Below, one piece after another: positions 1-8,627 of a stretch of DNA of 32,000 bases. The DNA lies in assembly GCF_002803295.2 (NCBI RefSeq), contig NZ_PGGB02000001.1:77477-109476 (forward strand), in the 5' to 3' direction. The notes beneath the pieces were generated by a model that had not been told where the DNA came from, ran no database searches, and saw only the letters and a list, made by a program, of their open reading frames with translations. The DNA is from Caedibacter taeniospiralis (GTDB lineage: Bacteria; Pseudomonadota; Gammaproteobacteria; Francisellales; Francisellaceae). Made by a program: the position numbers and the translations under genes. Every line of letters begins with the position of its first letter. Position 1 is the stretch's first letter.

Positions 1-298
1 TTAAGACAACCCCAGCCCCTGCTTTTAACCTCTTCACCATAAAGGCAACTACTGGCGTTGGAATGATGCCCAGGTTAATGACATTGACTCCTGTAGCGGT
101 GATCCCCGCAACAAAAGCAGATTTCAGCATATCAGAAGATCGTCTGGTATCCTGCCCAATGACAACCGTTAATGGTAAACCCTGGTCACGCAATGTACAT
201 CCCACAGCATTTCCCAGTTTCATTGCAAACTCAGGCGTAATGGGATTTACCCCGACCTTGCCACGCACCCCATCCGTGCCAAAATATTTTCTTGCCAT
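1..298 (-). CDS. glmM: phosphoglucosamine mutase, N-terminal fragment (gene continues beyond the left edge)
   Basis: Reverse-complement reading from the ATG at 296-298 gives MARKYFGTDGVRGKVGVNPITPEFAMKLGNAVG..VIGQDTRRSS..GIIPTPVVAF, the conserved GlmM N-terminus. The frame stays open to base 1, which is why it is absent from the ORF track. The listed 63..437 + ORF is its antisense shadow. Confidence 0.85.
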   Translation of the reverse strand, partial: MARKYFGTDGVRGKVGVNPITPEFAMKLGNAVGCTLRDQGLPLTVVIGQDTRRSSDMLKSAFVAGITATGVNVINLGIIPTPVVAFMVKRLKAGAGVVL

Positions 299-487
299 GT
301 TCTCTCATTATTTTAAATTTCAAACGCCTGACATTATGCACACCTTAAGAAAAATGGTTAAGTGGTTTTTAGTGAAAAACGCATACCCATTTCATATCAC
401 ACTTGTTACAATACTGGCGATTTTCAACAAGCACTGAATGCTTTGCAATCGTTTTAAAAGTGTATAGACAAACTAAGGGATAGAATA

Positions 488-1456
488 ATGGATCGCAATT
501 TAGCACTAGAAACTGTTCGTGTCACCGAAGCTGCCGCTTTATCTGCCTGGCGCCAAATGGGTCGAGGCGATGAAAAAGCTGCCGACCAGGTTGCCGTCGA
601 CGCAATGCGCCGCGCCTTAAATGGTCTTAATATCGATGGCACCGTTGTTATTGGCGAAGGCGAGCGTGATGAGGCTCCCATGCTTTATATCGGTGAAAAA
701 GTTGGCAAAGGCGGACCCAAGGTTGATATTGCCCTGGACCCACTAGAAGGCACAACCATCACTGCCAAAGGCGGACCCAATGCACTTGCTGTGATCGCCA
801 TGGCAGAGGATGGTGGATTCTTAAACGCTCCTGATGTCTACATGGAAAAAATTGCGGTTGGTGGGCATGGCATTCCTTATGATCTTATCGATATTAACGC
901 AACTCCTCATGAGAATTTAAAGCGATTAGCTCAGTTTAAAGGAGTCCCGCTTGAGGCACTTGTGGTTTGCATTTTAGATCGCCCGCGCCACGAGGAGATT
1001 ATTCGTAAAGTTCGCGAAGCGGGTGCGCGCATCGCCCTTATTGGTGATGGCGATGTCTCAGCCGTCATCGCAACGGCACACGAAGATAGCGGTATTGATA
1101 TGTACATGGGGACAGGGGGGGCACCTGAGGGGGTGCTTGCTGCCGCCGCACTACGGTGTTTAGGGGGGCAAATGCAGGGGCGCCTTATTTTTAGGAATGA
1201 TGACGAAAAATCACGCGCCAAGAAATGGGGAATTACCAATTTAAATAAAGTATATCATTTAACCGATTTAGCCTCGGGGAATGTGCTTTTTACCGCAACT
1301 GGTGTCACTGACGGACAAATGCTTAAAGGAGTTAAGCGCAAGGGTCTGTTTGCTAAAACACACAGCTTAGTTATGCGCTCAGTTTCAGGAACGATCCGTC
1401 ACATCGAAGCCGAACATAATTTCAACTTCAAGAAAGGATTTGAATATCTAGGCTAA
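488..1456 (+). CDS. glpX: fructose-1,6-bisphosphatase, class II (GlpX)
   Basis: 322-aa ORF with ATG start. It aligns along its full length by eye to GlpX: RVTEAAAL..GRGDEKAADQ.AVDAMR, IDGTVVIGEGERDEAPMLYIGEKVG, DPLEGTT, GDGDV, GTGGAPEGV. Confidence 0.9.
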   Translation: MDRNLALETVRVTEAAALSAWRQMGRGDEKAADQVAVDAMRRALNGLNIDGTVVIGEGERDEAPMLYIGEKVGKGGPKVDIALDPLEGTTITAKGGPNALAVIAMAEDGGFLNAPDVYMEKIAVGGHGIPYDLIDINATPHENLKRLAQFKGVPLEALVVCILDRPRHEEIIRKVREAGARIALIGDGDVSAVIATAHEDSGIDMYMGTGGAPEGVLAAAALRCLGGQMQGRLIFRNDDEKSRAKKWGITNLNKVYHLTDLASGNVLFTATGVTDGQMLKGVKRKGLFAKTHSLVMRSVSGTIRHIEAEHNFNFKKGFEYLG

Positions 1457-1471
1457 GGGCTAAGGTAAAGC

Positions 1472-2344
1472 ATGCTCTCACACAAACAACTGACTGTTTT
1501 TACTGCCATTGCTGAGCATGGCAGCATCACCAAAGCATCAGAAAGCCTCAATTTGACACAACCTGCTTTAAGCTCGGCACTTTCTAGCCTTGAGAGTGAA
1601 CTTGGCGTCAGGCTCTTTGATAGAATTGACCGCAAAATTGTGCTCAACCATAATGGTGAACTTCTTTATCCCAAGGTTATGCAGCTACTTGAAGACACTG
1701 CCAAAATCCAAAACTTCTTCAATCACGAGCAAACGCTAACGGGCAGCATTCACATTGCCGCAAGTAACACCATTGGTAATTATATTTTGCCGCCATTGAT
1801 GGCAAGCTTCAAAGAAAAGCATCCTGACACACAGCTTGCATTATCTATCGGTAACAGCGAGCAAGTCATTGAGTCCGTTGTTGGACACCAGGCTGATATT
1901 GGCTTTATTGAGACTCCCTGCTTAAATAACCAGATCAATAGTTTTGCTTTTGCCAAAGATCAATTAGTATTATTTGTTCGTCACGGACATCCTCTGGCTA
2001 AACAAAAAATCGTCAGTGTTGGCGAGCTGAAACAGCACCCCTTTATTCTGCGTGAAAAAGGCTCTGGCAGCCGAACTGTTGTCGAACAAATACTGCTTCC
2101 GTTATTGAACTATCAATTAAATCTATTTTTAGAGCTTGGTAGTAGCGGCGCAATATGCCTTGCAACTGAGCGCAGTGACGCCATAGGCTGCGTCTTGGCT
2201 TCAGCCTTGCAAAATCAGAAAACCATTCATGTTTTGAATTGCCCAGAGATAAGACTGGAAAGGGATTTTTTCGTTGTCCAAAACAGACGCGCGCACATCT
2301 CCGAGCTTACTGAGGAATGGCTGGACTGGGTGATCAATAAATAA
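1472..2344 (+). CDS. LysR-family transcriptional regulator
   Basis: 290 aa. N-terminal wHTH LTVFTAIAEHGSITKASESLNLTQPALSSALSSLESELGVRLFDR is followed by a LysR substrate-binding-like domain. It starts 15 nt after glpX. Confidence 0.85.
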   Translation: MLSHKQLTVFTAIAEHGSITKASESLNLTQPALSSALSSLESELGVRLFDRIDRKIVLNHNGELLYPKVMQLLEDTAKIQNFFNHEQTLTGSIHIAASNTIGNYILPPLMASFKEKHPDTQLALSIGNSEQVIESVVGHQADIGFIETPCLNNQINSFAFAKDQLVLFVRHGHPLAKQKIVSVGELKQHPFILREKGSGSRTVVEQILLPLLNYQLNLFLELGSSGAICLATERSDAIGCVLASALQNQKTIHVLNCPEIRLERDFFVVQNRRAHISELTEEWLDWVINK

Positions 2345-2483
2345 TTTCAATCCATGACATAAATTCTACGTACTTTTATTTATTTATAAAACCCTGTAAA
2401 TTATCCGAAAATAAAGCGGCAACTGAGTCTATATCAAGTTCCTTTTAGCTTAAATCAATCATTGAAGTCAGGTGTACTGTATT

Positions 2484-3482
2484 ATGAAACAAAGATTACA
2501 CGCAATACTCGAAAAAGTGCCAACGCCAATGGCAGGTTTAGCACTTGGCATTTCAGGTCTGGGTTGGTCTGCTGACAATGCGTTGCCTACAAATAACACA
2601 CTACAAATAACCTCCGCTGCAATAGCTTTTGTATTACTTCTACTGGTTACCGCAAAATTCATCATTTGGCCACAAAAACTACGCGATGACCTGGCTCATC
2701 CAGTTGTTGGCAGTGTTGTCCCAACCTTTGCTATGGCGCTAATGATCATCTCAAACAGCATCAACTACTTTAATCACCTGGCAGCGGAACTTATCTGGTT
2801 ATTTGCCGTTAGCATCCATCTGCTGTTTTTGGCAACTTTTATTTATCACCGCATGAAAGAATTTAAACTCCATCACATGGTGCCATCGTGGTTCGTTCCC
2901 CCTGTTGGAATTATTGTTGCTGATGTCGCCTTTCCAGGCGGTGCCCTGCAGCCACTTGCGATTGCTTTACTTTATTTCGGATTAATCAGTTATGCAATTT
3001 TACTGCCTTTAATGCTCTATCGAATCATGTTCACTCATGAGATCCCTGATGCGGCGAAACCGACTATCGCTATTTTTGCTGCTCCCGCGAGCTTGTCGCT
3101 AGCGGGCTACCTAAATGTTGTACGCGATCCATCCCCTCTTATTGTGATGCTCTTATTGGGTATTGCTATCTTAATGACTGTAATGATTTATCTTAGCTTT
3201 ATTAAACTGATGAGCCTTCCTTTTAGTCCAGGATTTGCAGCATTCACCTTCCCTCTGGCGATTGGCTCCACAGCACTATTTAAGACAGCTCACTGGGCGG
3301 AAAACGCTTTACAACTTGCACCACAGACCAGCAGCCAAATTCACTACCTGGCGATTTTTGAGTTAATGATTGCTGCTTCGGTTATTGGTTATGTTGCCTG
3401 GAAATACTTTTATCACTTGGTGCTTGAGAATATTTTGCCAGATAAATGCCTACAAATTGAGAAACCCATATTCCCATTGTAA
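2484..3482 (+). CDS. TDT-family (TehA/Mae1/SLAC1-like) anion/tellurite-resistance type transporter
   Basis: Polytopic membrane ORF with about 10 hydrophobic spans. The N-terminus VPTPMAGLALGISGLG is typical of TehA-like proteins. The ORF track starts at GTG 2472; I prefer ATG 2484, which has AGGTG 10 nt upstream. Confidence 0.7.
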   Translation: MKQRLHAILEKVPTPMAGLALGISGLGWSADNALPTNNTLQITSAAIAFVLLLLVTAKFIIWPQKLRDDLAHPVVGSVVPTFAMALMIISNSINYFNHLAAELIWLFAVSIHLLFLATFIYHRMKEFKLHHMVPSWFVPPVGIIVADVAFPGGALQPLAIALLYFGLISYAILLPLMLYRIMFTHEIPDAAKPTIAIFAAPASLSLAGYLNVVRDPSPLIVMLLLGIAILMTVMIYLSFIKLMSLPFSPGFAAFTFPLAIGSTALFKTAHWAENALQLAPQTSSQIHYLAIFELMIAASVIGYVAWKYFYHLVLENILPDKCLQIEKPIFPL

Positions 3483-3536
3483 AGCTGGGGGTTGTCGATG
3501 GGTGCATTCCAAAGTCTTCACGTTTTTTGATTTACC

Positions 3537-4019
3537 TTACGAAATCGAAACACCTTTTTCAAAAGTCGCTTTACTTTGCATAAAAAGAGAAAGGCTGTCA
3601 TCGCGACCTGTGGAAACGTCTGTTTTTGCCGACGCCTCGTCAAAAGCATTATTAAATGCTTTTGCTGTATATGCGTTTTGAGCTAAAAAGACTTTGAGAT
3701 TTTGAGAGCCACTGTCAACTAAATAATGATCCCTTAAGCCTTGCATGGTCGTTGAAAATTCTTTTGGATTCGACTCCAGTGTGTCCACAAAGGCTTTAAA
3801 CTGCTCAAATGTTTTGTTGCTTGCTGCCATAGGGGATAATGTAAACCACGCCACAAAAGCATCATCTTTTTGAATGCCTTTATCCACCAGGGTTTGTACA
3901 AATCCTGACTCTTTAGTTAAAAGAAATTGCTCCATGTTTTCAATTCTACTTGCAGTATTCAGCTTTTCTTTTCTTAATTCTTGTAATTTTGACTCTACTT
4001 TTTCAATATTAACGCTCAT
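3537..4019 (-). CDS. hypothetical protein with predicted N-terminal coiled coil
   Basis: 160-aa ORF with ATG start and AAGGGA 9 nt upstream. I recognise no motif. It is convergent with the transporter gene and is the only long ORF in its region. Confidence 0.55.
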   Translation of the reverse strand: MSVNIEKVESKLQELRKEKLNTASRIENMEQFLLTKESGFVQTLVDKGIQKDDAFVAWFTLSPMAASNKTFEQFKAFVDTLESNPKEFSTTMQGLRDHYLVDSGSQNLKVFLAQNAYTAKAFNNAFDEASAKTDVSTGRDDSLSLFMQSKATFEKGVSIS

Positions 4020-4283
4020 TCTTGTTATCCCTTAAATTAATTTGGCTATGTTAGCGTTATTTCGTGGAAATCTACTCTCATTTTTACAACCTGTATGGTT
4101 AGCTGCGACTATATTTCCCACCCACTCTACGCTAACAGGGTCATTAAGTTTTAATTGTTACTGTTTTTGCAAAGCATCTGTACTGATGCCTGGCACTAAA
4201 GTTACTCTTATTTACTTAGAGTTACAATATTTGGCAATTCTATCGGACAATTTGATTGGTTTAGACTACGCTACAGCGTTTTA

Positions 4284-5399
4284 TTAGATCTCAAAACATT
4301 GTGTCATGACTTTTAACACTTCATCGCCTTCGTGTACGGTTGCCGATGAGGTGCGAGTCAATAATAAAGCTTCTTGTGCCAAGGTCAAAACTTGTGGTTC
4401 AGCTAAAGCTAAAATACTGCTTTTATCATATACAGTCGCAAGTGGAGTATTGGGCTTTTGCAAGCCACCTAACAGGTGATCGGCATAAGCCACCATCCCT
4501 CCCATCGGCGCTCTAATACGAAAAAAGTCGCGCTCAAGGCAGGCATACTGCGGCATATGAGGTTTCGCTATGTCAGTATTTTTAATATAGGCGATGATGC
4601 CTTTAAGCAAGGTTTCAGCATTTCCTAAGTCAAAACTCTCTTTATTCCCCATCTCATAGGTGAACGCATGTTTTGGTGGTACTTTGTTTTCGCCTGTGAG
4701 ATTATTCCAACACTCGGTCAGCTGCCACCAGGGATAAAAAATAGCCTGGTTAAAACAGCCACTTGGCTCATTGGGGGTCAAAATAAACGCATTGCTGTTA
4801 AAATGTCTTAAGCGTTCATCTTGCAAATAGTTAGGGGCATAGATATATGGCACTGAAATGGAATCACAGTGCAAATCAAAGCTAAAATCAGCATTTAGCG
4901 CCAGATGGTGCAGGATATTGGCAAGCTTCTCATACGGTGCATTATCGTGCTGAAAGCAGGTGTTCAAACGCTCTCTTAACAAAGCTAAAAACCGCTCACA
5001 CAGCACCACAAACCCCTGTTTTTGATGCGCTTTAACAAAGGCATCTAAATCAATTGCAGGCAACTTGCCATAGGGCATCAGCAGATTTTTAAATCCGCGA
5101 TTCCAATTCTCACCCGTTTTGGCATCAAAGCGCCCATAGGTGTACTCACCAATTTTGATATCCATCGCAAACGGATTAGCAAACGGCACTAAGGTCACAT
5201 TGTAGGGAAAATCATGCGTCTCTAAATATTGCCGCAGTAGATAAATCAAGGCAATGCCATTGCTTTCAGCAGCATGCAATGCCGCTTGCATGTAAATATT
5301 CGCCTTGGCCTTAGGGTGTCTATATTCCATGACACTGAGGCTATGGGTTAATCCTGAAATAGTTGTTCTAAAAGGAATTTCTCTAATTTGTATCATCAT
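4284..5399 (-). CDS. succinylglutamate desuccinylase/aspartoacylase (AstE/AspA, M14-like) family zinc hydrolase
   Basis: 371 aa. It has an HxxE zinc motif (ALHAAESNG) and a downstream DLH motif (FDLHCD), as in the AstE/AspA family. Its ATG overlaps the dapF stop (ATGA at 5396-5399). Confidence 0.6.
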   Translation of the reverse strand: MMIQIREIPFRTTISGLTHSLSVMEYRHPKAKANIYMQAALHAAESNGIALIYLLRQYLETHDFPYNVTLVPFANPFAMDIKIGEYTYGRFDAKTGENWNRGFKNLLMPYGKLPAIDLDAFVKAHQKQGFVVLCERFLALLRERLNTCFQHDNAPYEKLANILHHLALNADFSFDLHCDSISVPYIYAPNYLQDERLRHFNSNAFILTPNEPSGCFNQAIFYPWWQLTECWNNLTGENKVPPKHAFTYEMGNKESFDLGNAETLLKGIIAYIKNTDIAKPHMPQYACLERDFFRIRAPMGGMVAYADHLLGGLQKPNTPLATVYDKSSILALAEPQVLTLAQEALLLTRTSSATVHEGDEVLKVMTQCFEI

Positions 5400-6178
5400 A
5401 TTTCCCCTATATTTCCACTAAAAATCGTTTTGATTGCACCGGTTAATAAAACCTCTTCTGCCATACACTCAACAATGAGCTGGCTAACTGCATTTTCCAC
5501 CGTCACCTTGGGTTTTAATCGCCCAAGATAAACTCCTGAAAAAACACAGGCAATGCTGCCACTGCCACACGATGGCGTGATTCCCGTACCACGCTCCCAA
5601 TGCTCAACATAGATTCGATCGTATGCCAACTGTTTTACTGCATGAACATTTATACCACCTTGATATCTTTGCTGCAGCGACATCCCAAGTTCATCAAAGG
5701 AGCCTGCCTCATTAAGATTACGCCATAACACCAGATGGGGATTCCCCACATCCACTTCCACAGCGGCATCAAACTCCGAATCATCTGTGATGATATATTG
5801 CCCAGGCTTAATACTGGGCAATGGAAAAGCGACCTGAATCCAATCATGTGCGATCATCTGGCAACGATGCACAAAGCCTCCTACTTCAATTTCAACATGC
5901 TGAGTGTTCTTTTCCGCCAATAGCAAACTTGCCACGGCGCGTAAACCATTGCCACATTGCTTTGCCTTAGAGCCATCTTGATTATAGATGTGCATGCTGG
6001 CATCCGCTTTGCCTGATTTTCTAATCAAAAGCAGCTGATCGGCGCCCACGCCAAAGCGCCGATCACAGATTTGTTTAACTTGCTGGGGCTGCCAATTGCG
6101 TGGACGCTCTCGTTCATCGATTACGACGAAGTCATTGCCCAGCGCGCACATCTTGGTAAATATAAGTGGCTTATTCAC
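5396..6178 (-). CDS. dapF: diaminopimelate epimerase
   Basis: 260 aa. FTKMCALGNDFVVID, GVGADQLLLI, both catalytic Cys motifs (QCGNGLR and SCGSGS) and VGNPHLVL align with E. coli DapF. The GTG start overlaps the upstream KS stop by 8 nt. Confidence 0.8.
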   Translation of the reverse strand: MNKPLIFTKMCALGNDFVVIDERERPRNWQPQQVKQICDRRFGVGADQLLLIRKSGKADASMHIYNQDGSKAKQCGNGLRAVASLLLAEKNTQHVEIEVGGFVHRCQMIAHDWIQVAFPLPSIKPGQYIITDDSEFDAAVEVDVGNPHLVLWRNLNEAGSFDELGMSLQQRYQGGINVHAVKQLAYDRIYVEHWERGTGITPSCGSGSIACVFSGVYLGRLKPKVTVENAVSQLIVECMAEEVLLTGAIKTIFSGNIGEI

Positions 6179-7409
6179 TGAGGTAATCCTTAAAAATCAA
6201 TGAGGTATTAATTCCGCCAAAGGCGAAATTATTGCTCATGACAATATTCGTTTTAATCGCTTGTGCGCTACCCATAATATAATTAAGTCCTGCACAGGCT
6301 GCATCGACTTCGACAAGATTTGCCGTGGGCATAAACAAACCATCTTTCATCATCATGATGCTAAGCCAGGATTCCAGCGCACCACAAGCTCCCAGAGTAT
6401 GACCGAAATTGCCCTTCAATGAACTGATCGGAACCTGGTTACCAAAGATTGCAAAAGTTGCCTCACTTTCGGCAATATCCCCTCTATCAGTCGCGGTACC
6501 GTGCGCTGAAATATAGCCGATATCTTGAGCCTCAAGCTTTGCATCACTTAAAGCAAGTTTTAATGCTTCAACCATTTTCTCGGCGGTGGGCTGGGTGATA
6601 TGCCTTGCATCACAATTGGTACCAAAACCCGCGACTTCGGCATAAATCTTAGCTCCTCGCGCCTTGGCATGCTCATATTCCTCCAGAATCAATGTACAAG
6701 CCCCTTCACCAAGCACGAGCCCATCTCTGTTTTTATCAAATGGTCTTGGCGTTAAGTGTGGGGAGTCGTTCTTTTGACTCGTTGCAAACAAAGTATCAAA
6801 AATCGTCACCTGGCTTGGACATAACTCTTCAGCACCTCCTGCTAACATGATCTTTTGATAGCCGTGCTTAATCGCTTCATACGCATAACCAATCGCCTGT
6901 GAGCTTGAGGTACATGCGCTGGATGTTGGAATTACGCGTCCTGTTAGACCAAAAATCAGTGCTATATTAACTGCACAGGTGTGACTCATTGATTTCAAAT
7001 AAGTTGTTGCACTGACATTTTTCACCGTGCATTCTGTTCTTATTTTTATCAGATCACACAAGGCTTCAGTACTCCCAGAGCAAGAGCCATAGGCAATCCC
7101 AACCTGTCCACTTTCCAGTAACTCAAACTCTTCCAACAACCCTGCATCCATCAACGCATTTTCACTTGCTACGGTCGCAAGATGGGCTACACGCCCCATT
7201 GATCTTAGCTGCTTACGCGTATAGTGTTCAGGCATTTTAAAATCAAGAATTGGCGCGCCAAGATTGGTATGTAACCCTTGAATCTGTGACCACTTACTCA
7301 TTCTTTTTATGGCTGTTTTACCACTAAGCAACGCCTCTTTAATAGTTTCCCAATCACTTCCTAGAGCGCTGACTCCAGCCATTCCTGTAATCACAACACG
7401 CTCTGTCAT
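6171..7409 (-). CDS. beta-ketoacyl-ACP synthase, FabF/KAS-II-like (second KS of the module)
   Basis: A Cys-His-His triad is present (SSACTSS, ARHITQP, AHGTATDRGD) and the C-terminus is NNFAFGGINTSLIF. The ORF track starts at 7469, but MTERVVITGMAGVSALG from ATG 7409 is the canonical KS N-terminus and forms an ATGA overlap with the upstream reductase stop. Confidence 0.85.
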   Translation of the reverse strand: MTERVVITGMAGVSALGSDWETIKEALLSGKTAIKRMSKWSQIQGLHTNLGAPILDFKMPEHYTRKQLRSMGRVAHLATVASENALMDAGLLEEFELLESGQVGIAYGSCSGSTEALCDLIKIRTECTVKNVSATTYLKSMSHTCAVNIALIFGLTGRVIPTSSACTSSSQAIGYAYEAIKHGYQKIMLAGGAEELCPSQVTIFDTLFATSQKNDSPHLTPRPFDKNRDGLVLGEGACTLILEEYEHAKARGAKIYAEVAGFGTNCDARHITQPTAEKMVEALKLALSDAKLEAQDIGYISAHGTATDRGDIAESEATFAIFGNQVPISSLKGNFGHTLGACGALESWLSIMMMKDGLFMPTANLVEVDAACAGLNYIMGSAQAIKTNIVMSNNFAFGGINTSLIFKDYLSE

Positions 7410-8134
7410 ATGAGTCCACCATTGACTGAAATCACTTGGCGCGTGATGTAACTTGCAGCATCTGAGCATAGAAAGTTAATGACAGCGGCGACCTCTTCCA
7501 CTGTACCCGCGCGACGCATGGGGATACGTTTTTCAATTTCGTTTTTGTACTCTAAATCCTTGGTCATATCAGTTTCTATCAAGCCAGGAGCAACGCAATT
7601 GACGGTAATTTTACGTTTAGCAAGTTCCAATGCCAGGGCTTTAGTCGCACCAATAATGCCTGATTTTGCCGCACTATAATTGACCTGTCCTTTATTGCCA
7701 GCCATTCCTGAGACTGATGCCAGCGTCACGATTCTGCCACCTGTACGCTGCTGAATCATCGGCATCACACAGGGCTTTAGCACATTGTAGAAGCCATCGA
7801 GGTTGGTATGAATGACACGATCCGACATATCTTCTTCCATTGCAGGAAACGGCACATCCAGACAAATGCCCGCATTATTAACAACCGCATAAAATGCGCC
7901 ATTTTGCGCAATTTCTGCCATCAGCCTCTCTTTACAGGCTGCTCTATCTTGTATATCAAACTGGATTAAACAAGCCTTTCTGCCATTTTCCTCAATGAGG
8001 CGAGCGGTTTCTTTTGCCCCCTTATCATCACGATGGTAATGCACGACCACTTCAAACCCTGATTGTGCGAGCATAATCGCCACACTTTGACCAATGCCTT
8101 TACTGGCCCCCGTTACTAACGCTCTTCTAGTCAA
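7406..8134 (-). CDS. 3-oxoacyl-ACP reductase (FabG-like SDR)
   Basis: 242 aa. It has the TGASKGIGQ Rossmann motif, NNAG, and a YSAAK catalytic motif. The TTG start overlaps the upstream dehydratase stop by 8 nt. Confidence 0.85.
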   Translation of the reverse strand: MTRRALVTGASKGIGQSVAIMLAQSGFEVVVHYHRDDKGAKETARLIEENGRKACLIQFDIQDRAACKERLMAEIAQNGAFYAVVNNAGICLDVPFPAMEEDMSDRVIHTNLDGFYNVLKPCVMPMIQQRTGGRIVTLASVSGMAGNKGQVNYSAAKSGIIGATKALALELAKRKITVNCVAPGLIETDMTKDLEYKNEIEKRIPMRRAGTVEEVAAVINFLCSDAASYITRQVISVNGGLI

Positions 8135-8588
8135 AATTTTTCCCTTGAATAATTTGTTTAAACTCTATCTCACTAGGCTGATACGCACTAAATTTAGCCG
8201 ATGCCACACATTTTCCCTCCTGGTGAATTTCACATAAAAAAACTCCCAAAGGATCGCTAATCATCTCTTTTTTGGCAATGACGGTCAAAGTATCCCCTTC
8301 ATTAAAGCTCACTTGCTCTGTTTTAAAATTTCTCACACTAATCATAAACCCACGCCTTGGAGCATGTTGCTCTTTATCACCCTGAAAATAGGCAAGGGCA
8401 GCGGATGCCTGCGCCATCATCTCAATGCCAACCCAAGCATAAACCCCCTTGATTTCTTTGTCATAGAAAATATGCTCTGGGGTAATTTTAACCCCGCAAA
8501 CAGCCTGATCTTCATTAACCTGCTCGAAGGTGTCAATCAACCGCATCGGCGGTGATTGTGGGATTATTTCACTTAAATCATACTGCAT
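8127..8588 (-). CDS. hotdog-fold 3-hydroxyacyl-ACP dehydratase-like protein (ApeP/FabZ-like)
   Basis: MQYDLSEIIPQSPPMRLIDTF...WVGIEMMAQA...GFMISVRNF matches the short hotdog dehydratases found between KS and KR genes. I use ATG 8588 rather than the ORF-track TTG at 8624. Confidence 0.7.
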   Translation of the reverse strand: MQYDLSEIIPQSPPMRLIDTFEQVNEDQAVCGVKITPEHIFYDKEIKGVYAWVGIEMMAQASAALAYFQGDKEQHAPRRGFMISVRNFKTEQVSFNEGDTLTVIAKKEMISDPLGVFLCEIHQEGKCVASAKFSAYQPSEIEFKQIIQGKNFD

Positions 8589-8627
8589 ACTCAGTCCATC
8601 ACATAAAACAATGACTATTGCCAATAA

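Noticed and set aside
63-437. 124-aa + strand ORF from the ORF track
   Set aside because: It lies antisense to the clearly recognisable glmM N-terminus (1-298, minus strand) and then runs through the AT-rich divergent promoter region. It has no motif and no RBS.
4042-4287. 81-aa + strand ORF in the 264-bp gap
   Set aside because: It has a TTG start and no Shine-Dalgarno. It is on the opposite strand to all neighbours and has a low-complexity hydrophobic/Cys composition typical of a chance ORF in AT-rich spacer. It cannot be supported.
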